DNA from: an uncultured virus (IMG/VR IMGVR_UViG_3300031133_000283)
Lineage: Duplodnaviria > Heunggongvirae > Uroviricota > Caudoviricetes
Direction: 5' to 3' (one strand)
IMG/VR virus record: IMGVR_UViG_3300031133_000283
Length of the DNA: 64,000 nt
Under the pieces are notes generated by a model. It ran no database searches and was not told where the DNA came from. It saw only the letters and a list, made by a program, of their open reading frames with translations. A program made the translations under genes and the position numbers. Below, one piece after another: positions 47,180-56,371 of this stretch. Position 1 is the stretch's first letter, and every line of letters starts with the position of its first letter.

Positions 47180-49420
47180 ATGATTACACTTAACTCAATC
47201 CGTATTCGTAATTTCCGTGCTATCAAGGAACTTACTTTTCAACCGAAGAAAGATGGTATTACTGGTATCTTCGGTCCAAACGGTGCAGGTAAAACGTCTA
47301 TTCTCACTGCTGTGATGTTTGCTTTGTACGGTGTACGTCCGAAAGATGTAACTGTTGCAGGTCTGCGCCGTATTGGCTCTGGTGACGAAGAATGTTCCGT
47401 CAGTGTCGTTTTCACACACTTAGGCCAAACTATTGAAGTAATTCGTGAAATCAAAGGCGCAGAGGGTGGAACAGGAAAACCTGTTGCAAACATCTATGCT
47501 GACGGAAGCAACGTCTCCAAAACATCTGTCACAGCTGCTGACAAATGGGTGCATCGCCGCCTTGGAGTAACAGCTGAAGGTTTTATGACTGCATTCGTCG
47601 TGCGTCAGAAAGAACTTGATGCATTCGTCCGGGCAGTTCCTTCTGAGCGTAAAGCCATTATTGAAAAACTTGCTGGTGTCGATACAATTAACAAGGCACT
47701 CATTGCAGCGCGCAGTGATGAGAAAGAATCTCGGAAAACTCTTGACTTACTTCCTGGTTCGCAGGAGCAGCTTGATTCTGCAGGAGCGGATGTTGATTTT
47801 TGGTCAAACCGAGCTGATGAAGCAAAAGTTGAATTAGAAACTTTGGATGTAACTCTTACAGCATTACAGGAAGAACGTGATGTCGTTTTCAAAAAGATTG
47901 AAAAATTCCGTGAACATCAGAGTGCCTTACAGCGGGTTCAAGGTCAGCGTACAGCGTTAGATAACGAAATACCAAACTTAGACCGCCAGTTGGATCGTGT
48001 TTCTTATGTTACTGAAATGAGTGATTCAGACGACATTGCATCTTTACGTGAACAGTACAAAGGGTTCACTGCTGAACTGAACGAACTGCGCGGTCAGGAA
48101 GCTTCATTGCAGCACTCTATCCAGCAGTACACCAATCGTAAGAACCAGTTGGAATCTTTAGTTGCTGACGAACAGCAAAGAGTTATTCGCTTGGAAGAAG
48201 CTATCACAACTGACTCAACGACATTGGATACTGAACATGAAAGTATCACAAGCCGTATCTCGGACATTGACCGCAGAGTTGTACAGCTCTCTTCTCAAAA
48301 TTCTGACTTACACGAATCGTTAGAAGCTCTACATGACAGCTCTGATTGCCCTACATGTAAAACTCATTTGGATAACCCTGATGCTTTACGCGAGCAGTTC
48401 AAAGCAATCATTGCAACTAACACTGAGACTATTCAGGACTTGAGCAACGAACGCGAACGCCTCATCTCACGGATGCAAGAGATTGTGCGCATGCGAACAC
48501 AAGTTGATGAATTAGCTGCTCTCAAAAACGATTTAGTCAAAAACGAGGAAGAGCTCAAAGCAGTTCAGGAAAGTTCTTCTGGTGCTGGCCCTCAGATTGA
48601 AACATTGCAGGCTACTATCGAGCAAAAATCCCAAGAACAGCAGAAAGTTCAAGAACTTGGAGCAAAAGCACGTTCTTTGAATGATGACCGTGTAGAACGT
48701 GCTCGTTTGATTGAGCGTAAAGAAGTAGCATTGCTTGATTTGGAACGCCTTCGCCGTGAAGAGCAGGAGCTATCTCAGGTATTTTCTGAGAAAGACTTAA
48801 ACGATGCTCAGCGCGCTTTGGAGCAGACTCGTTTGAGCTACGAAAAAACAACGCAATCTCATTCTCAGTTGACTGCTGCTGTTACGGAAGCAAACGTTCG
48901 ATTCAACACTGCTCGCTCTTCTTATCAGAGAGCATACGACCAGTGGGATAGAAAGAAAGCTCTCCAAGAAGCTCACGCAGCTAAGTCACTGACAACTGAT
49001 ATGTTGGACCAATTCCGCCAAGCAACTGTCGCATCTATTGCTCCCGAGCTATCAGATTATGCAACGAGTTTGATTTCTGACATGACCAATGGTGACTTTA
49101 CTGAAATCAAATTGGATGAAGAATTCAAAGCTTCACTCGTTGATGCTAATGGTGTCGAACGACCTGTCTCTTGGTTATCTGGTGGTGAAGAATCAGCAGT
49201 TGCTTTGGCGCTTCGACTTTCAGTAGCCTTCCTGATTACAGGTGGTAACCCAGAAGTTCTGTGGTTGGATGAACCTTTGACCGCGCAGGACAAAGACCGT
49301 CGTTCAGCAATTCTTAGCATGATTCGTAAGCTGCCTATCAACCAGATTCTTCTTATCAACCATGCTCAGGAAGCTCAGGATATTGTTGACTATGAAGTAA
49401 CGTTGACAAAAGGTGACTAA
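47180..49420 (+). CDS. sbcC: SbcC/Rad50-like SMC ATPase
   Basis: GPNGAGKT, Q-loop, CPTC zinc hook, LSGGE, LDEP, INH. Confidence 0.9.
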   Translation: MITLNSIRIRNFRAIKELTFQPKKDGITGIFGPNGAGKTSILTAVMFALYGVRPKDVTVAGLRRIGSGDEECSVSVVFTHLGQTIEVIREIKGAEGGTGKPVANIYADGSNVSKTSVTAADKWVHRRLGVTAEGFMTAFVVRQKELDAFVRAVPSERKAIIEKLAGVDTINKALIAARSDEKESRKTLDLLPGSQEQLDSAGADVDFWSNRADEAKVELETLDVTLTALQEERDVVFKKIEKFREHQSALQRVQGQRTALDNEIPNLDRQLDRVSYVTEMSDSDDIASLREQYKGFTAELNELRGQEASLQHSIQQYTNRKNQLESLVADEQQRVIRLEEAITTDSTTLDTEHESITSRISDIDRRVVQLSSQNSDLHESLEALHDSSDCPTCKTHLDNPDALREQFKAIIATNTETIQDLSNERERLISRMQEIVRMRTQVDELAALKNDLVKNEEELKAVQESSSGAGPQIETLQATIEQKSQEQQKVQELGAKARSLNDDRVERARLIERKEVALLDLERLRREEQELSQVFSEKDLNDAQRALEQTRLSYEKTTQSHSQLTAAVTEANVRFNTARSSYQRAYDQWDRKKALQEAHAAKSLTTDMLDQFRQATVASIAPELSDYATSLISDMTNGDFTEIKLDEEFKASLVDANGVERPVSWLSGGEESAVALALRLSVAFLITGGNPEVLWLDEPLTAQDKDRRSAILSMIRKLPINQILLINHAQEAQDIVDYEVTLTKGD

Positions 49421-49493
49421 AGTATTTTAAATACTGTTCTCACACTTACATATAGTACGATAGATTATAACTCTACGAAAGGTAATAACTCTC

Positions 49494-49811
49494 TTGGTTG
49501 ACAAATACGGGAAAGACGTTGATACCGTCAAACCGCAACCCAAACATAAAGTCCATGTACTGCGTTTCCACATCAATGTGGGAGATGCAGACCGTGCGCG
49601 CCAGATTGACAAGGCTAAGGAATTCTTGGTCAAAAAAAACCAGGTGAAGGTAATGCTTCAACTGCGTGGGCGCGAGAAGTCTCGTCCACAGCTGGGTGTG
49701 GACTTCCTCAATGAAGTGTTAGAAGAGTTAGCTCCATACGGCTCTGCCGCAAATCCTCCTCGCCCAGATAACCTTTCTGCTACTTTGAACCCAAAGAAAC
49801 AACAAGGTTAG
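49494..49811 (+). CDS. Stand-alone translation initiation factor IF3 C-terminal domain
   Basis: LRFHINVGDAD..QIDKAKEFL..KNQVKVMLQLRGRE; an in-frame TAG at 49461 excludes an N-domain. Confidence 0.78.
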   Translation: MVDKYGKDVDTVKPQPKHKVHVLRFHINVGDADRARQIDKAKEFLVKKNQVKVMLQLRGREKSRPQLGVDFLNEVLEELAPYGSAANPPRPDNLSATLNPKKQQG

Positions 49812-49874
49812 ACAAAAATGGTGCGCACTGTACCGATAGGCTACAGAAGAAACCTCGTTTACTAAGGATAAAAC

Positions 49875-50840
49875 ATGACAGACAACATTGTCGATTGGGA
49901 TGATACCCCAGCTGATGACACAGGCGATTTAGCAGTCGTAAGTCATCGTAACCCCGAGGATGAAATTGCGACTTTGATCCAGCTTGATGCCGAAGGCAAT
50001 GAAGTCGTCAGTGAAATCAACTTCTCCTCTCCTGAGCTGGACGAAGATGGTGCACGTGAGATTACTGACCGCATTCGTACAACTTCAAACGTTTTGTACC
50101 TGTTGGTCAAACGTGCCCATGCTGGTAAAGCCTACAAAGCATTAGGGTATAACTCTTTTGAAGCGTATGTCAACAGTGAGTTCAATTTCTCTAAGGTCTA
50201 CGCTTACCGTCTTCTCAACCAGGCGAACTTCATTGAAGCAATTGAAGCTCGAGTTCCAGAAGGAACTGAAATTCGCGTTACTGAGCCTATCAGCCGTAAG
50301 CTAAAAAAGGTTCTTCCGGAACTCTTAGAAGAGCTTGAAGGCCGCGTCGGGGAAATTGAAGACCCTGATGAAGCGGGAGATATCATTGAAGACATCATCC
50401 GAGAGAATCGTGAAAAGCAGGAAGCTAATAATTTCCTGAACGATGAAGATGCAGAAGAAATTGGAGAACCTGAACGTCAGGGTACTGGAGGAACCTGGCA
50501 GGGTGACGATGACGACGATGACGACGTATACTTCGATGACAGTGAAGACTTTGATGATGAAGATGAAGATGCATTAGAAAACTCTAATGACGTTCGTCGT
50601 AAGTTTGATAAGATTTACAACCTTTACTCTGGCCTCAAACACATCAACTCTGTTGGCGATGGAGAAGAGCTTGTACCGTTCCTTCCACGTGAGCGTTGGG
50701 ATGAATTTACTGAACTGCTCAACTCAGTTCACCCTTGGTTGGCGGACTTCAAAGAGAAATTCGAAACCTTCTTAGCTGAGCAAGACGCGCCTGTTGCATC
50801 CGATGATGCAGAGGACGAAGTTGACGAGTTAGACGAGTAA
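49875..50840 (+). CDS. Acidic putative DNA-binding protein of mobile elements
   Basis: YKALGYNSFEAYVNSEFNFSKVYAYRLL HTH-like motif; poly-Asp tract. Confidence 0.6.
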   Translation: MTDNIVDWDDTPADDTGDLAVVSHRNPEDEIATLIQLDAEGNEVVSEINFSSPELDEDGAREITDRIRTTSNVLYLLVKRAHAGKAYKALGYNSFEAYVNSEFNFSKVYAYRLLNQANFIEAIEARVPEGTEIRVTEPISRKLKKVLPELLEELEGRVGEIEDPDEAGDIIEDIIRENREKQEANNFLNDEDAEEIGEPERQGTGGTWQGDDDDDDDVYFDDSEDFDDEDEDALENSNDVRRKFDKIYNLYSGLKHINSVGDGEELVPFLPRERWDEFTELLNSVHPWLADFKEKFETFLAEQDAPVASDDAEDEVDELDE

Positions 50841-50850
50841 TAAAATCTTA

Positions 50851-50889
50851 ATAAGAAGAGCCTCCGAGAATCTCGGAGGCTCTTCTTAT
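50851..50889 (+). terminator. 19-bp perfect inverted repeat
   Basis: ataagaagagcctccgaga-a-tctcggaggctcttcttat. Confidence 0.7.
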
Positions 50890-51002
50890 GTGCAGATAAT
50901 ACCATAAGGAATATTGTTTAGCTCATTTTTTGCTAAAATTGCTAAAAAACTGTCCTTCTTCCGATAATTATAATCGCAAGTGTTCTTGTCTACCTAAAGG
51001 AA

Positions 51003-51275
51003 ATGTGGAAAATGAAAGACCTCATGTTAAGTGCTTCTGTAAAAGCACAAATGTTTGCAGCTGATGCTGTAAGCCGTGCACGCCGTGTGATGAAGGGCGA
51101 AGGCGCAGAGCGTGCTGACGTTGTTCAGACCGTTATCATCATCGGTATCTTCGTTGTTATTTGCGTCATCGTCGGTGGCCTCATTATGGGCGCTATGCGT
51201 CAGCAGGGTACATCTTTGAGTAGTTGTATCGCAAACGTCAACAAGACATCCGGTTGCTCGAACTTCAGTAAGTAA
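51003..51275 (+). CDS. Flp/Tad-like prepilin (start may be 51012)
   Basis: Basic leader, GAERA/DVVQTVIIIGIFVVICVIVGGLI, short C-terminus with two Cys; next to a prepilin peptidase. Confidence 0.6.
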   Translation: MWKMKDLMLSASVKAQMFAADAVSRARRVMKGEGAERADVVQTVIIIGIFVVICVIVGGLIMGAMRQQGTSLSSCIANVNKTSGCSNFSK

Positions 51276-51972
51276 CCGGGTTAGTTAGCAAAAATAAGCT
51301 ACTAACCACAACCGCCAAGGCAAAAGCCGGGAGAACTGCAAAGTTCCCCCGGCTTTTGCTTATTAACCGGGTGATGATAAGTTGCAGGAAGAGGATGATG
51401 TTCGTCACCATGAAAACAACGATCATGTTCACATAGCCAAGATGCCAGCTTACAGCAAAGCCAACAGCAAAGAACATCTTTACATCAGCCCATCCAATTC
51501 CTTGTGGAAAGAACATTATAGAAATAAAGATCAAGACAAAAACCAGGAGAGATACTCCCAGGCTGATGAGACTGTATTGCAGCGGGTCTCCGCCGTAGAT
51601 ATACATGACAGTACGATTGCCTGTCAGCAAGCCGTAAGTACCCGCTGCAATACCATACCATATAGCTAATGTAGAAAACTCTGCTGGAACCCTATGATAG
51701 TCCATATCTGTTTGTGCAGAGAAAGCTAAAAAGTAGCCTAGAATTCCATAGATGCAGGCCATCGTAACAGAATCTGTCACAAAGAACATTCCGAGGGAGA
51801 GTAAAGAAGCTCCAACTATTGAAGTTCCCAACAACGTGTTGAGACTTTTCTTCAATCCTCCCCCGTAAGGACTGCGCAACTCCCACTGAGGAGCTTGAAC
51901 TTTCACTACGTAGTAGGAAAATCCAATACACGCTAACAGCGTGATAAGGAAACTGTTAGCGTAACCCCACAT
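51265..51972 (-). CDS. Prepilin peptidase (A24 family)
   Basis: Multi-TM; two Asp motifs AQTDMDYHRVP and GIGWADVK; C-terminal FAVLPAF. Confidence 0.75.
   Translation of the reverse strand: MWGYANSFLITLLACIGFSYYVVKVQAPQWELRSPYGGGLKKSLNTLLGTSIVGASLLSLGMFFVTDSVTMACIYGILGYFLAFSAQTDMDYHRVPAEFSTLAIWYGIAAGTYGLLTGNRTVMYIYGGDPLQYSLISLGVSLLVFVLIFISIMFFPQGIGWADVKMFFAVGFAVSWHLGYVNMIVVFMVTNIILFLQLIITRLISKSRGNFAVLPAFALAVVVSSLFLLTNPVTY
51320..51359 (+). terminator. Hairpin terminator for the pilin gene, embedded in the convergent peptidase CDS
   Basis: gcaaaagccggg...cccggcttttgc with inner gaact/agttc. Confidence 0.55.
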
Positions 51973-53273
51973 CAGATACTGTGCTCGTCCTTCTTGGTCT
52001 CAATGAAAATAGTTTTTGCGCGTTGAGTAATGTCATCAAGCGCCTGCACTGTGCTTTTACTTCTCAACCAGGATTTGATGCGTTTGTTTTCCACATCTAC
52101 ACCCCAGGTCTTGTAGTAGATAGCAACTAATCCAGCAATGTTGCGCTTCCCGTTCGGTAACTTAGAAGCTGTTGTGATAGAAGCTGACAGTATTGTTGAC
52201 TCAATGATGTTATCCATGTGAGCATCTGTTTGATCCTCAGCTGGTAACGGCATCTCGTAGTCTTCGTACTCAATAGCCTTCTGATTACGAAGATTGACAA
52301 CAGTATTGATGTCTTCCTTCTCACGGTGAATTTCATCAGCGCTTACATTCAAAAGGTCAGCGAGCTCTTGTGTCGTAGGGTTGCGCTCTTCCTTTGCTCG
52401 GAATTCGTTGATAGCTCGTGAGTGCTTCAATTCCTTATCAGCAATGGAACGACCATAAGCTTTGCGGTTCAGGTCGTACACCCATTTCTTGATGTTTGTT
52501 CCTAAGTAAGCGGCAAATGGAATAGAAGTAGAATCGTCATAACGCTTGATTGCTTCAATAACCCATAAATAGATTTGCTGCTGAGCATCATCATCTTCTG
52601 GGAGGTGCTTTCTAATGGACGAAATCTGTCCACGGAGAAGAATCTTTGCGAACTGTCCGTAATGCTTACACATGTCAGAGAAGTACCGAGGAGGTAGTTC
52701 GTCAACATTACGTCGGCGAAGGTTTGCTTCTAAACGAATACCACTAATAGTGTACTCAGGGAATTCTTCCTTCAGCTCTTTGACACGATCATAGGTGCGA
52801 GTCTTGTCATAAGAGTAAATCTTGTACAGGCCATCCTCGTTGAGGTTAATCATATTCATAGGCTCTGATACCAACTTAGCTAAAACAGGCTTGGTGAGGC
52901 GCTCAGAGGCTTTGAAGTGGATAAGGTGACACTCTCGTAGAGGAGCTTTGACCCATCCGTCATCTTCCAGGATGCCACCAAAGTATCGTGGTGTCAACTG
53001 TTGACTGGTTCGATCCAAAGTAGGGGAGAGAAGTCTCCACATTTCAAGTTCTTTGGAAGTGAACCGATAGGATTGGTTAGCTCCGGAAAGAAGAACATCT
53101 TTGGAAACAAGGTCATCCAAAGTGTCCAACATTTCTTTCTTCGTGTATTTCGGGTCAAGCTGTTTAGCTTCTTCTCCGAAACGGGTCCAGATTTTTGTAC
53201 TTGGATGCCATTGACCGTCTGCTATTTTATCCAGCAGCAACGTTTCAAGTTCAGTATATTGTGCTACGTTCAT
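51972..53273 (-). CDS. Atypical sigma-70 family factor with long N-terminal extension and degenerate region 4
   Basis: DAQQQIYLWVIEAIKRYD..SIPFAAYL (region 2), RNPTTQELADLLNVS (region 3). Confidence 0.7.
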   Translation of the reverse strand: MNVAQYTELETLLLDKIADGQWHPSTKIWTRFGEEAKQLDPKYTKKEMLDTLDDLVSKDVLLSGANQSYRFTSKELEMWRLLSPTLDRTSQQLTPRYFGGILEDDGWVKAPLRECHLIHFKASERLTKPVLAKLVSEPMNMINLNEDGLYKIYSYDKTRTYDRVKELKEEFPEYTISGIRLEANLRRRNVDELPPRYFSDMCKHYGQFAKILLRGQISSIRKHLPEDDDAQQQIYLWVIEAIKRYDDSTSIPFAAYLGTNIKKWVYDLNRKAYGRSIADKELKHSRAINEFRAKEERNPTTQELADLLNVSADEIHREKEDINTVVNLRNQKAIEYEDYEMPLPAEDQTDAHMDNIIESTILSASITTASKLPNGKRNIAGLVAIYYKTWGVDVENKRIKSWLRSKSTVQALDDITQRAKTIFIETKKDEHSI

Positions 53274-53590
53274 TTTACACTTTCAGGTTCGGAATTCAAT
53301 GGCTCAACAAAGGCAGGATGCTTGTCAGCTAATTGGCTGAATACTTTATCCAGGAAAATACCAACAGCATTAGAATGCCGCTGACGAGCTGGTTTAGTAT
53401 TCACACAATAAACAATTACATGCAAAGATGAATTCTTTTCACTTCGCGTAATTGCAGATAGCTGAACATCACTTTCAATAGAACATTCTTTTGAAAGTGA
53501 CTCAACATCCTGAATAAGTTGTGAGAGCAGTTTGTTATTACGCTCATAGAGCTTGATGTAGATAGGAATAAAGCTGTTATCGTTGTTCAT
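53270..53590 (-). CDS. Hypothetical protein
   Basis: Overlaps the start of the sigma gene, apparently the first gene of that operon. Confidence 0.5.
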   Translation of the reverse strand: MNNDNSFIPIYIKLYERNNKLLSQLIQDVESLSKECSIESDVQLSAITRSEKNSSLHVIVYCVNTKPARQRHSNAVGIFLDKVFSQLADKHPAFVEPLNSEPESVK

Positions 53591-53762
53591 AGGTGTTTCT
53601 ATGGTACGTCAATCTTCGTAATTGGTTCATTTTTATGCGATAAAAGTTTTAACTTTTACCGTGTTGGAGGATGCATAATTATCAACCAAAATAACCATAG
53701 TATTATTCCCCTCCATGAGACGATAGAGAAATCATACGCTTAGACAGTCAGAAAGACAGGTT

Positions 53763-54950
53763 ATGAACAGTTACGAACAAGAGCAAGGGGCTTTGGAGCG
53801 TCTTGGAATCCCAGTAGAAACGACTCCTCCTGATGGAGTCATGACTTCTGGACAAGCCCGCAGTGTTCGCTTCCGCATCGGTCGCCCGCAAGGATATGCT
53901 TTCGGGGATGTTGAATCTTTCATCTTCGACCACATTCAGCCAACTCTTGACTGGTATGCTAACGCATTACATCAACGCGACTTAGCTGTTCACCGTTTGG
54001 GTGAACTTGTAGACAAGCTTGAAGTTGACTTGCAGAATGCTAATGCGCAGTTAGATAACAAGCAATACAATGAAGCGCTTGGTGTCGCTGTTGATATGGC
54101 TGAAACTGAGGATGAGACAGATATTCTTCTTGCTCGCATCAAAGACTTAGAACGTCAGTTAGCCGCAGCTTTGCAGAACCAGTCTGACACTGCTGTTGCA
54201 CCTATTCAAGCTCCTGATGGCGAGTACTACTCCCGTGAAGAAGTTGAAGGCTTTATCGCTGCCGCCGTTGCCGAAGCAGAAGCTCGCAAAGAAGCAGAGA
54301 TTGCGGAGAGAGGTTATTACACTCAGGAGCAAGTAGAGCAGATTCTTGCAGAGACTGCCGCTCCAACTGCGACTGGATACTCTCAGGAAGAACTTGATGC
54401 CTCAATCGCAGAAGCAGAAGCACGAGGAAAAGCAGCTGCCCAGCCTACTGAGGATGTTTATACTCACGGCCAGGTAGAAGAATTTATTGCTACAGCTGTT
54501 GCCGAAGCAGAAGCTGCAAAAGATTCTGAAAAGACAGAAGCACTCCAACAACTTAGTTCTGAAAAAGATAAAGAGACAGCTACCGCTATCGCAAAAGCTG
54601 TTGCTACTGCAAAAGCTGAGGAAGTAGCCACTGGATACACTCAGGAAGAGTTTGACGCAGCTATTGAGAAAGCTAAGTCTGAAACCGAAGCTGCTGTTCT
54701 TGCATCTATCCCAGAAGAGTCTCAGCCAGTTGACCCAGTAGATGAGTTGACTGATGAAGGTGACTTGAAATACCGTGCAGAGAACAAGACTCTGCGAGCT
54801 GCTGTTGACCAGTGGAAGACATACGCCCAAGAACTTGAAGAGTATGTCGCTCAATTAGATGGAAGTGCTGCTGAGCAGCCACAGGCAGCTACTGAAATCA
54901 ATGCAGCTACCGGCCGTCCGCTTCCAAAACTTCGCCCTGAGGATTTGTAA
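53763..54950 (+). CDS. DivIVA-domain protein with internal repeats
   Basis: VRFRIGRPQGYAFGDVESFI, coiled coil, five Y(S/T)xE(E/Q)(V/L/F)(E/D) repeats. Confidence 0.7.
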   Translation: MNSYEQEQGALERLGIPVETTPPDGVMTSGQARSVRFRIGRPQGYAFGDVESFIFDHIQPTLDWYANALHQRDLAVHRLGELVDKLEVDLQNANAQLDNKQYNEALGVAVDMAETEDETDILLARIKDLERQLAAALQNQSDTAVAPIQAPDGEYYSREEVEGFIAAAVAEAEARKEAEIAERGYYTQEQVEQILAETAAPTATGYSQEELDASIAEAEARGKAAAQPTEDVYTHGQVEEFIATAVAEAEAAKDSEKTEALQQLSSEKDKETATAIAKAVATAKAEEVATGYTQEEFDAAIEKAKSETEAAVLASIPEESQPVDPVDELTDEGDLKYRAENKTLRAAVDQWKTYAQELEEYVAQLDGSAAEQPQAATEINAATGRPLPKLRPEDL

Positions 54951-54953
54951 ACC

Positions 54954-55607
54954 ATGGTTCACCGTATTCAAGATTATAGACCAAACCTGAAAAAATCAGG
55001 ACCTACGGTGGACACCTCTGACGAAAAACCGGCATTAGCATATGATTCAAACTCTGACATCATTATGTTCTCCGAGGAGTCATGGGTTTCCATCATCTTA
55101 GGATGGCTCAAAAGCGCCCTCTTACTCATAGGTTCAGCTCTTCTCATTTTCTTCGTTTTGTACGTAACACTGAGTGTCTCATTATTCTTCGTAAACTTCG
55201 TAGGCGGGAAACCTGCTTTCGTGGCCCGTGGAACGTTCTTAGGAGGGCAGCCAGCTGTTTCCGACTACGTGTACACATCAGGTACCACTGACGCGTCAGA
55301 TGACCCTCTCAGCCGCTTACAGTACGCTTTCCTTGGCGTGCCTGATGCTGAGATAGTTCAGGTTGCCAGTGGCCCATCAGATACCGTTGCAGTGAATGAC
55401 GGAACCATCAAAGTTACTGGTGAGAATAACGCAACATACAAGGGAACCTTTGTTGACGATAAAGGTAAGTCAGCTTCTCTCAATGATAAGCTTTCTGACA
55501 GCTACCTTGTTATGTGCGTGTCAGGTAGTTGCGAAAAAGGAACTTTCCATCTTATGAGTAAAGACCGTATCTATGGAGAAGTCCAGAACATCAAAGAGAG
55601 CAAATGA
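54954..55607 (+). CDS. Membrane-anchored signal-peptidase (S26)-like protein, degenerate
   Basis: TM, then IVQVASGPSDTVAVNDG and YLVM...DRIYGEV, resembling the S26 fold. Confidence 0.45.
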   Translation: MVHRIQDYRPNLKKSGPTVDTSDEKPALAYDSNSDIIMFSEESWVSIILGWLKSALLLIGSALLIFFVLYVTLSVSLFFVNFVGGKPAFVARGTFLGGQPAVSDYVYTSGTTDASDDPLSRLQYAFLGVPDAEIVQVASGPSDTVAVNDGTIKVTGENNATYKGTFVDDKGKSASLNDKLSDSYLVMCVSGSCEKGTFHLMSKDRIYGEVQNIKESK

Positions 55608-55897
55608 TTATGAACCTGAAAACATTGTGGGTTTCATCTCATGAACTCAAAGGAATCTGGGAAGCCCTTCATGAGTACCGTTTCAACATTGGGCAGAAAA
55701 ATGTGCATGTTGAGAATATTCTTACTGAATGTGGGATTGCAGAAACTCGAGCAGAGGTACTCTACCCTGCTTATGAACGCATTGCTGTGAGCTTAGGAAA
55801 AACAGATGGTGCTATCCCATTGAAGCTCCTTCCTGCTGAATATGAGTTTTTAGCCAGCCTTCCTTTGAATCAAGAACTGAAAGAGATATTACATTGA
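55604..55897 (+). CDS. Hypothetical protein
   Basis: Overlap-coupled within the operon. Confidence 0.55.
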   Translation: MIMNLKTLWVSSHELKGIWEALHEYRFNIGQKNVHVENILTECGIAETRAEVLYPAYERIAVSLGKTDGAIPLKLLPAEYEFLASLPLNQELKEILH

Positions 55898-56364
55898 CTA
55901 CAAAGTTCCCAGTAGTTCCCATAAGTGTTATGAAGACACTAATGCCGAACTATCAAACTGAGGCAGAAGAACTTGTCACTGGCGGTCTCTGGTTCTACTC
56001 AATTCCTGACTCTCAGTTCTTGTCTTACGTTCCGAACATCAATGTATGCGTGAACGATGTAAAACCTCCAACGCACACGCTTTACAAAGAGAGCTTACAG
56101 TTCAATATTAGAAAATATGGAGCTGTATATGAAGTGTCAACGACTGATGCCTTCCCTTCCAGTGTACTGTTAGCTTCTAATCTACAGGAACTTATCAACG
56201 AGTACTTGGATGTGACGGATGATTTATACGTAGGTGTTTTGAACAGTCTGACAGCTCCGATAATTTTAGGTAGTAAAAAATCATTGGAAAGATTGTTTGT
56301 TGCCAGTGATGACGATAGCTATAAAGTGTTCCAGTTGAACCATTTCATTGAAAGAAAGGGTTGA
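55894..56364 (+). CDS. Hypothetical protein
   Basis: TTGA overlap coupling. Confidence 0.55.
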   Translation: MTTKFPVVPISVMKTLMPNYQTEAEELVTGGLWFYSIPDSQFLSYVPNINVCVNDVKPPTHTLYKESLQFNIRKYGAVYEVSTTDAFPSSVLLASNLQELINEYLDVTDDLYVGVLNSLTAPIILGSKKSLERLFVASDDDSYKVFQLNHFIERKG

Positions 56365-56371
56365 TATTCAT

